Source of the DNA: Malacoraja senta
Taxonomy: Eukaryota
DNA: 64,000 nucleotides
Direction of reading: 5' to 3'
Assembly (NCBI GenBank): GCA_038087875.1
Contig: JAXLNO010000051.1
Coordinates: forward strand, 682,001 to 746,000
In this document: in pieces, positions 36,997-50,168 of the stretch
Layout of the letters: every line of letters starts with the position of its first letter
Position numbering within the stretch: the first letter of the stretch is position 1
The notes under the pieces: generated by a model
Seen by the model: only the letters and a program-made list of their open reading frames with translations
Databases searched by the model: none
What the model was told of the DNA's origin: nothing
Position numbers and translations under genes: made by a program

Positions 36997-38224
36997 GGAT
37001 AGTATCAAAACAAAGATGAAGCATACAAATTAGCCAGAAAAAGCAGCCTACCAGAGGACTGGGAGAAATTCAGAGTCACGGAGAGGAGGACAAAGGGGTT
37101 AATTAGGAAAGGGAAAATAGATTATGAAAGAAAACTGGCAGGGAACATAAAAACTGACTGCAAATGTTTTTATAGATATGTGAAGGAAAAAAAGATTAGA
37201 TAAAGTAAATGTAGGTCCCTTGCAGTCAGAAACCGGTGAATTGATCATGGGGTACAAGGACATGGCAGACTAATTGAATAACTACTTTGGTTCTGTCTTC
37301 ACTATGGCAGACAAAAATAATCTGCGGAAATAGCAGGGGACCGGGTGCCAAATGAGATGGAGGAACTGATTGAAATCCAGGTTAGCCGGGAAGTGGTGTT
37401 AGGTAAATTGAATGGATTAAAGGCCGATAAATCCCCAGGGCCAGATTGGCTGCATCCCAGAGTACTTAAGGAAGTAGCCCCAGAAATATTGGATGCATTA
37501 GTATTAATTTTTCAAAACTCTTTAGATTCTGGAGTAGTTCCTGAGGATTGGAGGGTAGCTAATGTAACCTCACTTTTCAAAAAGAGAGGGAGAGAGAAAA
37601 CAGGGAATTACAGACCAGTTAGTCTAACATCGGTAGTGGGGAAACTGCTAGTCTGTTATTAAAGATGGGATAGCAGCACATTTGGAAAGTGGTGAAATCA
37701 TTGGACAAATCAGCATGGATTTATGAAAGGTAAATCATGTCTGACGAATCTTATAGAATTTTTCGAGGATTTAACTAGTAGAGTGGATGAAGGAGAATGT
37801 GTTGTATCTGGACTTTCAGAAGGCTTTCGACAAGGTCCTACATAAGAGATTACTATACAAATTTAAAGCACATGGTATTGGTGATTCAGTATTGATGTGG
37901 ATAGAGAACTGGCTGGCAGACAGGAAACAAAGAGTAGAAGTAAACGGGTTATTTTCAGAATGGCAGGCAGTGACTAGTGGGGTACCGCAAGGATCAGTGC
38001 TGGGACCCCAGCTATTTACTATATATATTAATGACTCGGACGAGGGAATTGAATGCCACATCTCCAAGTTTGCGGATGACACAAAGCTGGGGGTCAGTGT
38101 TAGCTGTGAGGAGGATGCTAGGAGGCTGCATGGTGACTTGGACAGGCTGGGTGAGTGGGCAAATGCATGGCAGATGCAGTATAATGTGGATAAATGTGAG
38201 GTTATCCACTTTGGTGGCAAAAAC
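36997..38224 (+). mobile_element. CR1 LINE RT 5' half, inverted relative to its 3' half
   Basis: 'KSPGPD..NYRPVSLTSVVGK', 'YLDFQKAFDKV', 'SGVPQGSVLGP', 'KFADDTKL'. It ends at HFGGKN. Confidence 0.93.
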
Positions 38225-38479
38225 GTTACGTTAAGAAGGACCGTATATGGTTGTCGTATTCTTCCTGACAAACCCAGAATATAAGCTGCCTAGGCCAATC
38301 AGACAGTAGGAAACCTAAAACGGGACTTCTATGACTTTATTGGAAAGATCCGACTGTCAAGGCAAAATGGAGAAAGATATAAACCATTCCTGCTCCTTGT
38401 AGCGACAATGTATCTTAAGCCACTTTCACGCCACATATTTTTTGCAACCTGGACATAAGCATGACAGCAACTTATCGAT

Positions 38480-39522
38480 ATATAATAATAATAATAATAA
38501 TGGATTTTATTTACGGGCGCCTTATACCGAGGTCTCAAGGACACCATACAGAGATTTATAGAAAACATATAATCAGAATTTAAAAAAAATAGGTTATAAA
38601 GACCAATACATAAATCAGGGACAGAATTCCTTCCAAAAACACCAAAAAAAAGAAAATCAGCACAATTTGAGGAGAGAGCAGCGGCAATTTAACGCCAGCG
38701 TCCACTCTCCCCTCCGACCGCCATCTTGAACACAGACTAACAAATACAATTACAAACAATTACATACAAAAATCATCCCCCCACAATGATTTCCACTGTG
38801 GGGGAAGGCACAATGTCCAGTCCCCAGCCCCAGTTCACCCAAAAAAAGTCAGGCCAAATGAAGCCCCCGCTATTGCCTCTACGGAGGCCCGATGATCCTG
38901 GCCGTTCTCGCCGGGTGATATAGCCCCGGCGTCGGGAGAGTCCTCCAGCAGCTGGGCCACCTGGAACGGCCGCATCCCTCACCGGAGGCCGCAACTACGG
39001 CTGGAACGGCCGATTTCCCGCAGGCGTCCGCAGCACCTGAAGCCGACAAGGCCGCGCCGATTTGGAGCCACGAGGCTCCCGATGTTGGAGTCGGCGCCGC
39101 CGCCCGCGAATGGTCGCTCCAGTCCCGGAGGTGTTGAGCTCGGCGGTCCAGCTCACCGGAGCTCCAGCGCGTCGGTCCAGCGCGGCGACCCAGGCAAGGC
39201 ATCGCCCGCTCCGCTGCACGATAGCGCTCCAGCGCCGTGCCGCCACCGAAGCTGAGGGTGCTGTGCGGTTCCCGCCAGGAAACGCCGCTCCACGCCGCTC
39301 CACACCCGCTGGTAGGCCGCGAGGACGGATCGAATGGGCAGCCGGAGAGAAGGCTGCCTCACCGACCAGGTAGGGACCGGGAAGTGATTTCCCCTTGTTC
39401 CCCCCACATGAAAAGGCAAAATAAATAAAAACAAAGACTTAAAGAAAACTAAAAACTTGGTAAAAAAGTACAATTAACGGACGGCTGCTGTTTTGCAGCC
39501 GTTCCTCAAGATGGCTCCTCCT
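38480..39522 (-). mobile_element. GC-rich non-autonomous retroposon with an L2-like (TTA)n tail, nested in DIRS
   Basis: Minus-strand tail ..GGCGCCCGTAAATAAAATCC(ATT)n and an abrupt GC shift. No recognisable protein. Confidence 0.5.
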
Positions 39523-42367
39523 CCGATAGGGTGTACCATTGAACCAGAAATTCATAAACACTGTGTGGTGCAACCCCATGTTTTGTTGTCATGATGTGTA
39601 CTTGATAATACACCAGTGGCAAATGAGATTAGGCAAACCATTGCCGGATACTTTTATTATTACTTGATTGCACCCAACTGACAACATATGCCTCCATCAT
39701 AGTATATCAACCTGAAGTTGAGCATGGAGATTATGCATCTACGCTCTGTCACTCTTACCCCATAGAATGCAGGTAGGGTGTTATAGATAGTTAATACCAA
39801 GAACTGAAGAATTCGTGAAACATGCAAATCTCCTCCACCTCCAAACTGGAGATGACCTTCACAATTCCCCACGTTAAGGCTATTAGCATTCTTTTGCAAT
39901 AACTGCAACATGTACTCACTATCTACTGGAAGAATGCTGAATGCTGTTTTCCATCAGAGTGACTTTGGTAGATATAGCTAGTAATAGCATCAGTGTATTA
40001 ACAATGGCACTTTAGAAATTTGCCACTTAGTATGATGACAAATCTCTCACTTACACAGCTGAATCACAGCTATTATATTGCCAATTAGTTTCATGAATAG
40101 AGGCTGACTCTAACCACAAGGCTGTTACTGGTCTCTATAACTGCAATCTGTTAACCAGGGCAGTGTCATAGGCCAATTAACAGTTAACGGGAATTACAAT
40201 GACCAACTCGCCCAATTCCAACCTGCTTGGAATGTCATTCGTGTATGCAACGAACTGACAATCGTATCCACTTATAAGTGGTCTTCGGTTGTCCAGTGGA
40301 CTGGCAAAATGCGTGGAGCCTCTGGCCCGCTGTCAAGCTGGCACTAGCATCCGTGAACCGCTCCTGCCGAAGACGGCGTGGGGTACTTTGCCACCGAAAC
40401 GGGAAAGCTTTGCCGTTGTTGGCACTGGATAGGTCCAACAGCTTATGCTTCGTCCTCCAAGGTCCACGTGTCGCAGAATCAGCGGTGTCTCCAAGCTTCC
40501 CCTGAGCGGCGTACCCTTCATCATATTGGGATGGCATCCTTCTATTTGGTAACAACCTAAGTCAAATGTATAGAGGAGCTCAATCTCTTAAATAATTTGA
40601 GACTGACACTGTGGAATTTAGCAACATACCGCATAAAATTCCATCCATTAAAAGGCATAACAGTGCTATTTTGAACACCTTTGAGTTCGGTTAACCTAAT
40701 GTTCCGATTGCCTTAATAATAACTGCCTTCTCCAATTACTCTGATGACCGCTGTAAATGGGACACGCTTAGAACATCAGTTGTTAATTAGCCATCTTTAT
40801 AATGACGAGCCCACGGCTGTCATAACTGTGTGCCTGCCTTTAACCACTGTTCTGGCCCTATTCCGTACCTGTCTTCCTGGCCATAGTACGATTCTGGCCC
40901 CAAGTCTGGACCTGTGGTGAGACACAACTGTACCTATATCACCAGGTTTCTAAAGGCAATCCTGGCCAAAACATGACCTAAACCCCAATTATGTTGCCAG
41001 GATGGCACTTCTGACCCATACCCATGTTGGATATGTTGCAGAGCTCAACCTCCATACACGGCGTCAGATTTTGCTGACTCGGCATGCTCCCTCCTCCAAA
41101 AGAGAGGCATTAAGCAGCCCTGTTCTTGGCGCTGCTGGCACTGGCCTCCCATAGGCCAACGCTACCATTAGCCTAGGCATCAACATGAAGCAGCCCTGTT
41201 CCAAGGTGCTGCTGGCGCTGGCATTCCCATAGCCCAACGCTGCCATAGACTAGGCAGTCATATTAAGCAGCCCTATACCAAGGCGCTGCTGGCGCTGGCT
41301 GTCACATAGCCCAACGCTCCCGTAGACTAGGCATCCATGTTTAAGCAGCCCTGTTCCAAGGTGCTGCTGGCGCTGGCTTTCCCATAGCCCAACGCCCCCG
41401 TAGACTAGGCCTATGAATTAAACAGCCTATCCTGGGATAGGCCAACAGATGAATGGCATGTAGATACAGGACTGACATAACTCTCTAGAGTGTGTGAATG
41501 GAGCATCCTCTCCATTAAGACCTCCATCCTGCCAACCTTCTAACAACTTTATACCTTACTGGAGGGGACCCTCTACTCTGGGGATCACTGTGGTACTGAG
41601 ACACCGTGCTTCTGGATTTCCTTTCCCCTGGGAACCGCTGCACCTGTATATATTTATGGAGGGGAAACCCTCCCAGCACTAGGGCTAACCGTTCTCAAAC
41701 GGAGCCTCCAGAGGAAACCCACGTTGTCCTCTGCCCTAGGTCTTTAGACATATTTAGGCAGCAACCCTGACGCTGCTAGCCTAAAACACACAGGGACACC
41801 GACTTCCCCAGCTACCCGAATTCGCGGTCGGCACCGGGGGTCTTCCCACAGCCCGTAGCTGGTTCCCGCGTCGGCTCCGCGAAATACCGCCAGGAAACCC
41901 GCTGCAACAGAGGTTCCTGTACGGGATTAAACAAGGTAAGAAAACAAACCTTACCTTTTACTTTCACTTACCGCTGGCAGGAGCTCTGCGCCTGCCAGTC
42001 CGATGTTTCGCAATGCGAACGGCGATCTGACGCGCATGCGCACGGACGGGTTCCATTTCACGTAATCACTCACGTGACTCCGAAGTAAAATGGAAACATG
42101 TAATTAAGAATCTAACAGAAAATATTTTCAGTTAGCTTTGAACTGTGTCTTTATTAGTAAGAAACTTGATTACAATCTTTAAAATGCAAAATAATTCAGC
42201 TACCAAAAATTTGTAATTAAAGCGGAGAATTCCGGAGATACCCAGCAAGTCAGGCAGCATATGTGTGGGACAAAACACAGCTCACATTTCAGGATGATAA
42301 TCTTTCATCAACAAATGTTATCAAAACTGCTGAGCATTTTCCATTATTAACTATTGTAGTCACTTAC

Positions 42368-45300
42368 TACCAATGAATATCTACTGACAGCAGTTCCCTC
42401 TTCAGTTCAAACCTCTCCTTCATAGGATCCAAAGTGAACGCCCCTGAGAAAAACCATTCCCTTCATTTCAGACGCCAAGACCAGCTTTACGAATTTTGGA
42501 CGGGGCAATGCTGAGACCCTCTGGAAGAGTGTTCTAGCTGAGTGATTGGAATTAACGACAAGGTCCTTCATAATGACAGGTGTGCCATGCAACAATTTGT
42601 AGAAATAGGTGAACATAAATCAACTTACATGAACATGACTTGTGGAGTACCTCAAGGGTCTGTGGTAGGTCCAAAGCTTTTCATAATATACATTAACGAC
42701 ATATGCAGAGTATCAAATATACTGAAATTGATTATATTTGCCGATGATACGAATATTTTTTGTTCCGGTGACAATTTGAAGCAGCTTTTGGAGGTCATCA
42801 CATCAGAAATGAATAAATTAAAACAGTGGTTTGATGTCAGCAAATTGTCTCTAAATTTAAGCCAAACATAGATTATGCTATTTGGAAAACAAAAAAACAA
42901 ACCTCCAAGTAAAATTGAAAATAGATATCATAAGTATAGAAAGAGTATACGATAATACATTTCTTGGTGTGATCTTAGACCACAAAATCTGCTGGAAACC
43001 ACATATAAACCACGTCAAAGCAAAACTGGCAAAGTCTATAGCAATATCGGGAAAATCAAGACACATTCTGGATCACAAATTATTACATACTCTGTATAAT
43101 ACACTCATATTGCCATATCTGAGTTACTGTGTGGAGATATGGGGTAACACCTACAAAACCAACCTCCAGCCGTTATGCACATTACAAAAAAGAGCAATAA
43201 GAATTATCAGTAACGTTGGATATCTTGAACATACCAATTTATTATTCTTAAAGTCACATACACTGAAGTTCACTGAACTGGTTAAATTTAAGACTGCACA
43301 AGTCATGTACAAGGGAAGAAATAAGTTACTTCCAGGAAATATACAAAAACTGTTTATGGAAAGACAGGGTGGGTATAATTTGAGAGGGGAACTGAATTAA
43401 AAAAAACTCAAAGTCAGAACAACTCTTAAACGTATGTGCATAGCAATGTGTGGGGTGAATTTGTGGAATGGTTTGGAACAGGAGATAAAACTTAGCACAA
43501 ACATAATTCAGTTTAAAAAGATGTACAAAAACACTTTTTAAAAAGGATATTGGGATTTTGAGTGGGATATTTGTTATACTGATTGTATTGGGAAGGGTGA
43601 TTATAGGGTGATGGGTTGTATAAATGACTAAGAGATACTGTAAAGTATATGAGGGTTTTTTCTTTTTTCTTTATTTCTCTCTTTTTTTGTTTGGCTTTGT
43701 AAATATTTGATTAGTGTATAAATGTAAATAATTTGGTGTACGTATGGAATAGGTGTTTATAGCTGCTAAATTTGTAAATGATAATTACAAGCAGTTGAAT
43801 AAGGGGTGGGCTTCTCCTTGCTCCTTTTCGGACACCTACGATTTCATTTATTTATAAATATTGTTTATGACTCTTTATAAATATTCTTGTATTGTTTTTT
43901 TGTATGCTGTTTCACACTTGCTTTTTATTCTTTTATTCTGTTCGAAATAAATAATTAAATAAAAATAAATAAATGCATTCTTCAATGAAAAATGTTTTGC
44001 AGGCTTCACCAACTAAAACGGAAAATACAAAGTAAGAACAAATCAGGGTGTTGGCGTTATTGATTAATGTTAAAAGAAAAATGAGTTCATGATCGAACAC
44101 AATTCAGTGCTCTTGAATTGCATTGTTCCACAATTGCCTTGGCTACAAATGCACTTTACCAAAAATAACCTAATTACATGTTTCAAGTCAGATAAGTGGT
44201 TAAACAGTAAAACATGTAAGTTAATTACATAATATGCAACATATTGTATGAATTGATTTTAATTGACATATTGGCAGTCAGAAGGTCATTATCAAATGTT
44301 AATTATTTACTGTAATGTACAGGAGACACTCATTTTGAGTTTCAATTTTACTAACAAAATTACCCGTTGCTCTTTTGATTCTTTTAACTAACACTGTGTC
44401 TTACTTAATTTCCTCAGTGGCTCCTGCCAAATATTTTATGACCTGTAATGTGACAATTTGGTGCAAACTGTGATTCGTAAGGACACAAATAAATTGTTTC
44501 TACTTCTTGATTATTTCCACCAGGATCGCCGTACGATAGTGGCCTCACCAACAGTTTGTCTTTTCAAATTTTTGTAATATTAATGAGTTTTAAAAGTATG
44601 TGTTAATGTTCCCTGGTTTGTTTTATGCGGGGGCTGGGGAAGGGGAAACACTTTGTCAATCTCCTACCTTGCCGGAGATATGATTGTTTTCCGGATCATA
44701 TCTCCGGTCACTCTGCGGCCTAACACCATGGAGCAGGAGGGACTAACTTTGAGCCCCACCACGGGGTGAAGGACTTACCATCGGAGCCGATCCCTTGCCT
44801 GGGATCGACGCTCCAAATGCAGCCTGCAGATTTCACCATCGAGGAGCTCACCGTCTCGGGTAGAGACCGATGTCGGGAAGCTCCAGTCGCAGAAGGTTTC
44901 GACCAGCCCTGACCCGGGGTAAGATCACCCGGCGCGGGGGAGCTGAGATCCCCCCCCCAATGCAGGGGCTTGATCGCCCCAATGCGCAAGGCCCGACCAC
45001 CGGCTACGGGAGCCAAGAACACGCCATCAACGGAAGGCTCGTGGCCCCCGACGGCGGGAGAACAAAGAAGGGAAGAGATTGTTTTTTTTTCGTCTTCTAT
45101 CACAGTGAGGAATGTGGAGGAGTCACTGATGGGTATTTATGTTAAAATGTATTTTGAGTGTTCTGTTGCTTTTTACTGCTAAGACTGCTTGGCAAATGAA
45201 ATTCCTCGTATGTTGCAAAACATACTTGGCTAATAAAGTATGAATATGATCAATTCTTCCATCGTATTATTAACTGGGATACTCAACTAAATTACTAATA

Positions 45301-48300
45301 AAAGCAGTCACTGCCTAGTGTGCAATATTTCAGTGATTTCTCACCTTTCATAGTCTACTCTTATTATTATTATTATTACTCTAAAAGGAAGTTTGATATT
45401 GTCAGCAAATGTAGGAAAATGTGGGAACAATTGACCCTCTTTCAACAATAAAATGTATTTATGAATGTTAGTGTAGGATCCACTGAATCCCAGGACAGAA
45501 AGCAAAGAACAACCGAGCTGAGCCAGACACCACGTGTCACGATTATTCCAGACGACCCTTTTACATACATTCTCAACAATCATAACCAGTAGATAAGGCC
45601 AATTACTGCCTCTGACTTTGGAGTTGTTATTGAGCTCTTGTGGCTGAACATTTTCGTGAGGCTGCTGGCGAGTCGCCAGAGGTAATAGGCTGCATGCAGA
45701 ACCAACGTGGGCGTGAAGGTGCCACATTAGCTCCTGACTCCAACAGCAGTGATGAAGATTTTTCTAAAAAAGCACTCATTTCGATCTGGTAGAAAATAAA
45801 TTGCTAATGTAGAACCACTCTGTTCATTGATAAAAGCGTATTCTCGCGTCCTTTATCCTGGGAATAATTTCTGTTCTTACCTTTATGACAGGTATTCGGT
45901 ATTCTTGCCATTTTCATTCTTAAAAGGAGGCCTAAAGATTCTGACTCCTTCGGTAAAAAAAGTGTCACATCAGTGTTGCTTTGGAAAAATACAGACTGTA
46001 TCTCAATAGTTTGGCAATTCTGGGCATATCTAATGTATTTGAGTTAAAAATGGAAGCAGCATATCACAAAAGTAAAAATTAGGAAAAGTAAATTTATACT
46101 TAATGAATAACCAAGTATCCCACCACTCCAAAGATAAATATAAAATCTCTCTTGCAACAGATTCCATAGGCTAACGGCCAAATTGATTTGAACCAATTAT
46201 ATTTGAAAAACAATTATGTATTTCAAACACATTTAAATTACGTTTTGGATTTTTTGTCAGAAGTTTAGGTGTCCAATCCTCTTATGAATCGCTAGATTCA
46301 CATACTTGAGTTTGATGCCTTCTGCTCTAATTTGTCATGAATTCTGGCTTTGGTAGATTCAATCCTGTGAAAAATAAACATGCTCATAATCTGTTATGGC
46401 CATTAAACTTACCTGTGCAAAATATCTGTGGATACATTACTTTGCAATGTTATCATTATAACTATTTCCTTCAGAGTATTCATGCTATTATTCAATTGAT
46501 CATGTCTGCTTGACGAAGACAGCAAACAACCTTAAAATTATTTTTCAGATTTAAAAAAAAATCGACCAGCATGAAGAATGTGATGGATGAGCATGTGTAT
46601 GTTTCCAGGTCAGTAATCGCAATGACCAATCTTTCAGTTTCACTCATCTCTGTGATAAGTGAAATAGATCAGATCCTTCTTTCCATTCCTCCAGGTTTAA
46701 AGTAATAGACGATAGACGGTGTAGGAGTAGGCCATACGGCCCTTCAAGCCTGCACCGCCATTCAATATGATCATGACTGATCGTCCACAATCAGTACCCC
46801 CGTTCCTGCCTTCGCCCCATATCCCCTGATTCCGCTATCTTCAAGAGCTCTATTTAGCTCTTTCTTAAAGGTTTCCAGAGAAACGGCTTCCACTGCCCTC
46901 TGAGGCAGAGAATTCCACAGACTCATAATTCTCTGTATGAAAAAGTGTTTCCTCATCTCCGTTCTAAATGGATTACCCTTTATTCTTAAACTGTGGCCCC
47001 TGGTTCTGGACTCCCCCAACATCGGGAATATGTTTCCTGCCTCTAGCGTGTCCAAACCCTTTATAATCTTATGTTTCAATAAGATTCCCTCTCATCCTTC
47101 TAAATTCCAGTGTATACATTCCCAGCCGCTCCATTCTCTCAGCATATGACAGTCCCGCCATCCCAGGAATTAACCTTGTGAACCTACACTGCACTCACTC
47201 ATTAGCAAGAATGTCCTTCCTCAAATTTGGAGACCAAAACTGCACACAATGCTCCAGGTGTGGTCTCACTAGGGCTCTGTACAGCTGCAGAAGGACCTCT
47301 TTGGTTCTATACTACTCCTCTTGTTATGACGGTCAACATATCATTCGCTTTCTTCCCCGCCTGCTGTACCTGCATGCTTACTTTCATTGAATGATGAACA
47401 AGGACCCCCAGATCCCGTTGTACTTCCCCTTTCCCCAACTTGACACCATTTTGATAATAATGGCTCATTCTTGCTGCCTGTACTGACAGTGACACTTTGT
47501 GCCATCGTTGGGTAAATGGATTGAATAATGAAAAACCAGGGCAATCCTCCTCTTCATCAATGGGAACATTGACCTTTGTCCAATTTCTGATTTCAGGACT
47601 GTGACTAGTTGCAACATTAAAAAGCATAACTGGGCTCCAATGGGTTTGTGTTATCCATGGTCCCCATCTTCTGAATGACATCAAGCTTTGGTATTGGTTG
47701 TAATGTTAGACCAATTTGAGATCACGGATGGGAATTTTTGAATGTTGGTAAGGAACGTCACCAGGAGGAAATAGTAATTAGAAACAAAACTGTACATATC
47801 CTGTTGCCAATAATCTGGGACTAATTACAAGTCTGCTGGGTGTGCTCATTTCATCAAAAGTGGCAATACAAATCTTACGGGTTGACACACCTTGACTTCA
47901 CAAGACATTAATATCTCAGGCAGGAGTTTATGTCTTGGGACCTTTCCAATTTCCCAATGACCAGTGTGTGTGCACATAAAAATGAGGGCAGGAACAGATA
48001 CAGCAACATTTAATTCTATACATTATCTTTCAGACATTTGTTTATTGATCTAAAGAATGAGGGCATCACAGGCAGAGCTGGCATTTCCTGATCTTTCCAT
48101 ATTGCCCCTTGTAACCTGGAGCAGGACGTGGAGAATGTTGTGCTTCCATGCACCCATTGTACTCAACCTTTATGGTGTAGAGGCCACAGGTTTGGGATAT
48201 GTTGTTATAGAAATCTTACCACAAAAAACTGCAGTGAATTATGCAGATAATTAACAGTGCAGTTCAATAAATTGATTTCAGAGAATAAGATCACCAGGGA

Positions 48301-48953
48301 TTCATGGCTGTGAGTGTTCAAGATGAAGCCAATAGAAGTTATGTTATCATAGAAAAGGAATGTTCAATATCCTGAGATATATTGTCAAAGTAAACCCATG
48401 GAGTGACCGAGTGGTGACACCATCGAGTGTGGCAGCCTCGCCAGCAACTCTGTCCTTTCATCCTTTTTGTTACTTTTAGTCTGTCAAAAAGTATCTTTTT
48501 GGGAGGTCCTTTAGATTTTCTTTACGCGGGGATGTGGGGGATGTGGAGGGGGTGGAAATAGGGGAAACCGTTACCCAGACACTTCATGTAAATTCTATAG
48601 TGTTGTGTTCATTTCATTTTATTTGTGTGGCTGTATGGTAACTCAGATTTCACTGCACTAATTGGTGTATGTGACAATAAATGCAACTTGAACTTGAAAT
48701 GGAAGGATCTAACCAAGGACCTGGTCTCAGAAAGCACGTATTAATTTAGTTTTCATGTGAGGAAAAAAACTTATGTCAGCATGCATCATGAGAAAATGGC
48801 AATAAAGGTATATAATATGTTGTACAAACCAATGGCAAGCATGGCTTCATAATTCAGCTTGACGTTCCTATAACGGCGCTTCTCTGAGTCAATTATTTCT
48901 TCAAACTCTTCATTGGGAAAATAGTCAGCAATGTCGTCAAAATAGTCAGCATC
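42368..48953 (-). pseudogene. PRDM9: PRDM9 pseudogene, right copy (KRAB, linker, zinc knuckle and first PR/SET exon)
   Basis: Exons: 48953-48830 DADYFDDIADYFPNEEF..RYRNVKLNYEAMLAI; 46364-46242 GLNLPKPEFMTN*..SSDS*EDWTPK; 44012-43974 GEACKTFFIEEC joined to 42592-42368 LHGTPVIMKD../AGLGV*NE../VHFGSYEGEV*, split by a LINE. Confidence 0.92.
42593..43973 (+). mobile_element. 5'-truncated CR1/L2-group LINE (Crack/Daphne-like) inserted in the PRDM9 zinc-knuckle exon
   Basis: 'TCGVPQGSVVGPKLFIIYIND..IIFADDTN', 'LILPYLSYCVEIWGN' and an (AAAT)n tail. The clade is tentative. Confidence 0.85.
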
Positions 48954-49894
48954 CTGGAAAATCAAAAGTGTACCTGATACACTTTGGTACATAATCTGCA
49001 ATCATCAGATATTAATTCAAAAACAGATTTTAAAATATGCTTTTTTTATTTAAGACAATTCCACGATTAAAAAATCACAACTTATAATTAAAGGGTAACT
49101 TCTTCAGGATTGAAATGAGTTATTTCTTCACTAAGAATATAATAAGTTTATTTTCTAGAGTTGAAATAAATCAGCTTTTAATTGCATTCCAGCAAGATCA
49201 AAACATTATTGATTCCAAGAAGTAAACTGCTGCAAAACCACTATTGTAAAAATGAATAAATTGTCAGAGATAGTCAGCAGGCCAGGCAGCATCTGTGGAG
49301 GTAGAAGCTGAGTGAATGTTTCAGGTTAATATTCTTTCCTCGCAGCTGGGGAAAGTTGTCAGATGGAGACAAACTAGAAGGATGAGGGAGATGGCTTGAA
49401 TGGCCTCAGTCCCAGATCAATATTAATGTCAGTGATCCACTCCAGAGCCCAGGGAACTAACTCATCCACTCCTCACTGACACCAATCTCTGGGGCTGTGA
49501 TGGTCTGAGAAGGAGCAGCAGCATCTGCCCCGTTACCAGGCCCCGGAGAGAGAGGACATTTATGGGGCATTCTCTGCGCGCTCGCTCTCCATGTCAAAGC
49601 TCCATGGAGTCTCACCTCTGAGCCTCACCTGCCTGTGTCCCACACATAGTATCCACTGTCTCCTTCAGGAGCTCCTCCCTCTGTCTCCCTTCCTGAGCTC
49701 ACACACCCACTTCTCCTCACCTACACCCCGACTAAACCCCTCGATCACAGAACCGTCGCCTTGACGACACCGCACAACCAAACTGCTCCTCACGATCAGA
49801 ACTCGACTCGCCTCGACTAAACCCCACGTCACTGAAACCAACCTCACGCCCGCCTCCAATAACCAACCACCGCCTCGTCCTCGTCCTCGCTCCC

Positions 49895-50168
49895 GCTATT
49901 TATAGACCCGGCCATTGGCGGGGCTTGAGTCAACGTCAACGTCAGCGTGTGTGCGCCCCGCCCCTCTACCCCTCCCCCCTCCCCCACTCCGCACCTCCCC
50001 CCTCCCCTCCCCACCACCCCTCTCCCCCTCCCCACCTCCCCTCCCCCTCTCCACTGCCTCTCTCGGGCAGTGCGCCTGCGCCGCTCTCCGCACTCGGTCC
50101 CGCCCCTTGGTTGCGCCGCCAATGGCGCGGAGGGGAGGGAGAGGAGTGGAGCAGGGGATATAAATAGC
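49895..50168. promoter_or_regulatory. Mirror copy of the bidirectional promoter
   Basis: TATAAATA at 49897-49904 (-) and 50159-50166 (+), two CCAAT boxes (~49914 and ~50119), GC boxes and ACGTCA twice. Confidence 0.7.

Larger units (their letters stand above)
34648..42090 (-). mobile_element. Second, more decayed DIRS1 family member with nested insertions
   Basis: Terminus CACGTGACTCCGAAGTAAAA at 42071-42090 matches 15345-15364. ICR at 34705-34855 matches 10540-10695. YR remnant 'SHCTRAATTSAARVIDVPLDH' at ~35125-35190. 'YLSPFCL..DWP' at ~38290-38390. Tandem repeats in the gag region at 41110-41420. Confidence 0.85.

Noticed and set aside
38773..39473. GC-rich overlapping ORFs resembling a CpG-island gene
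   Set aside because: They lie inside a tailed insertion nested in DIRS and show no recognisable domain.
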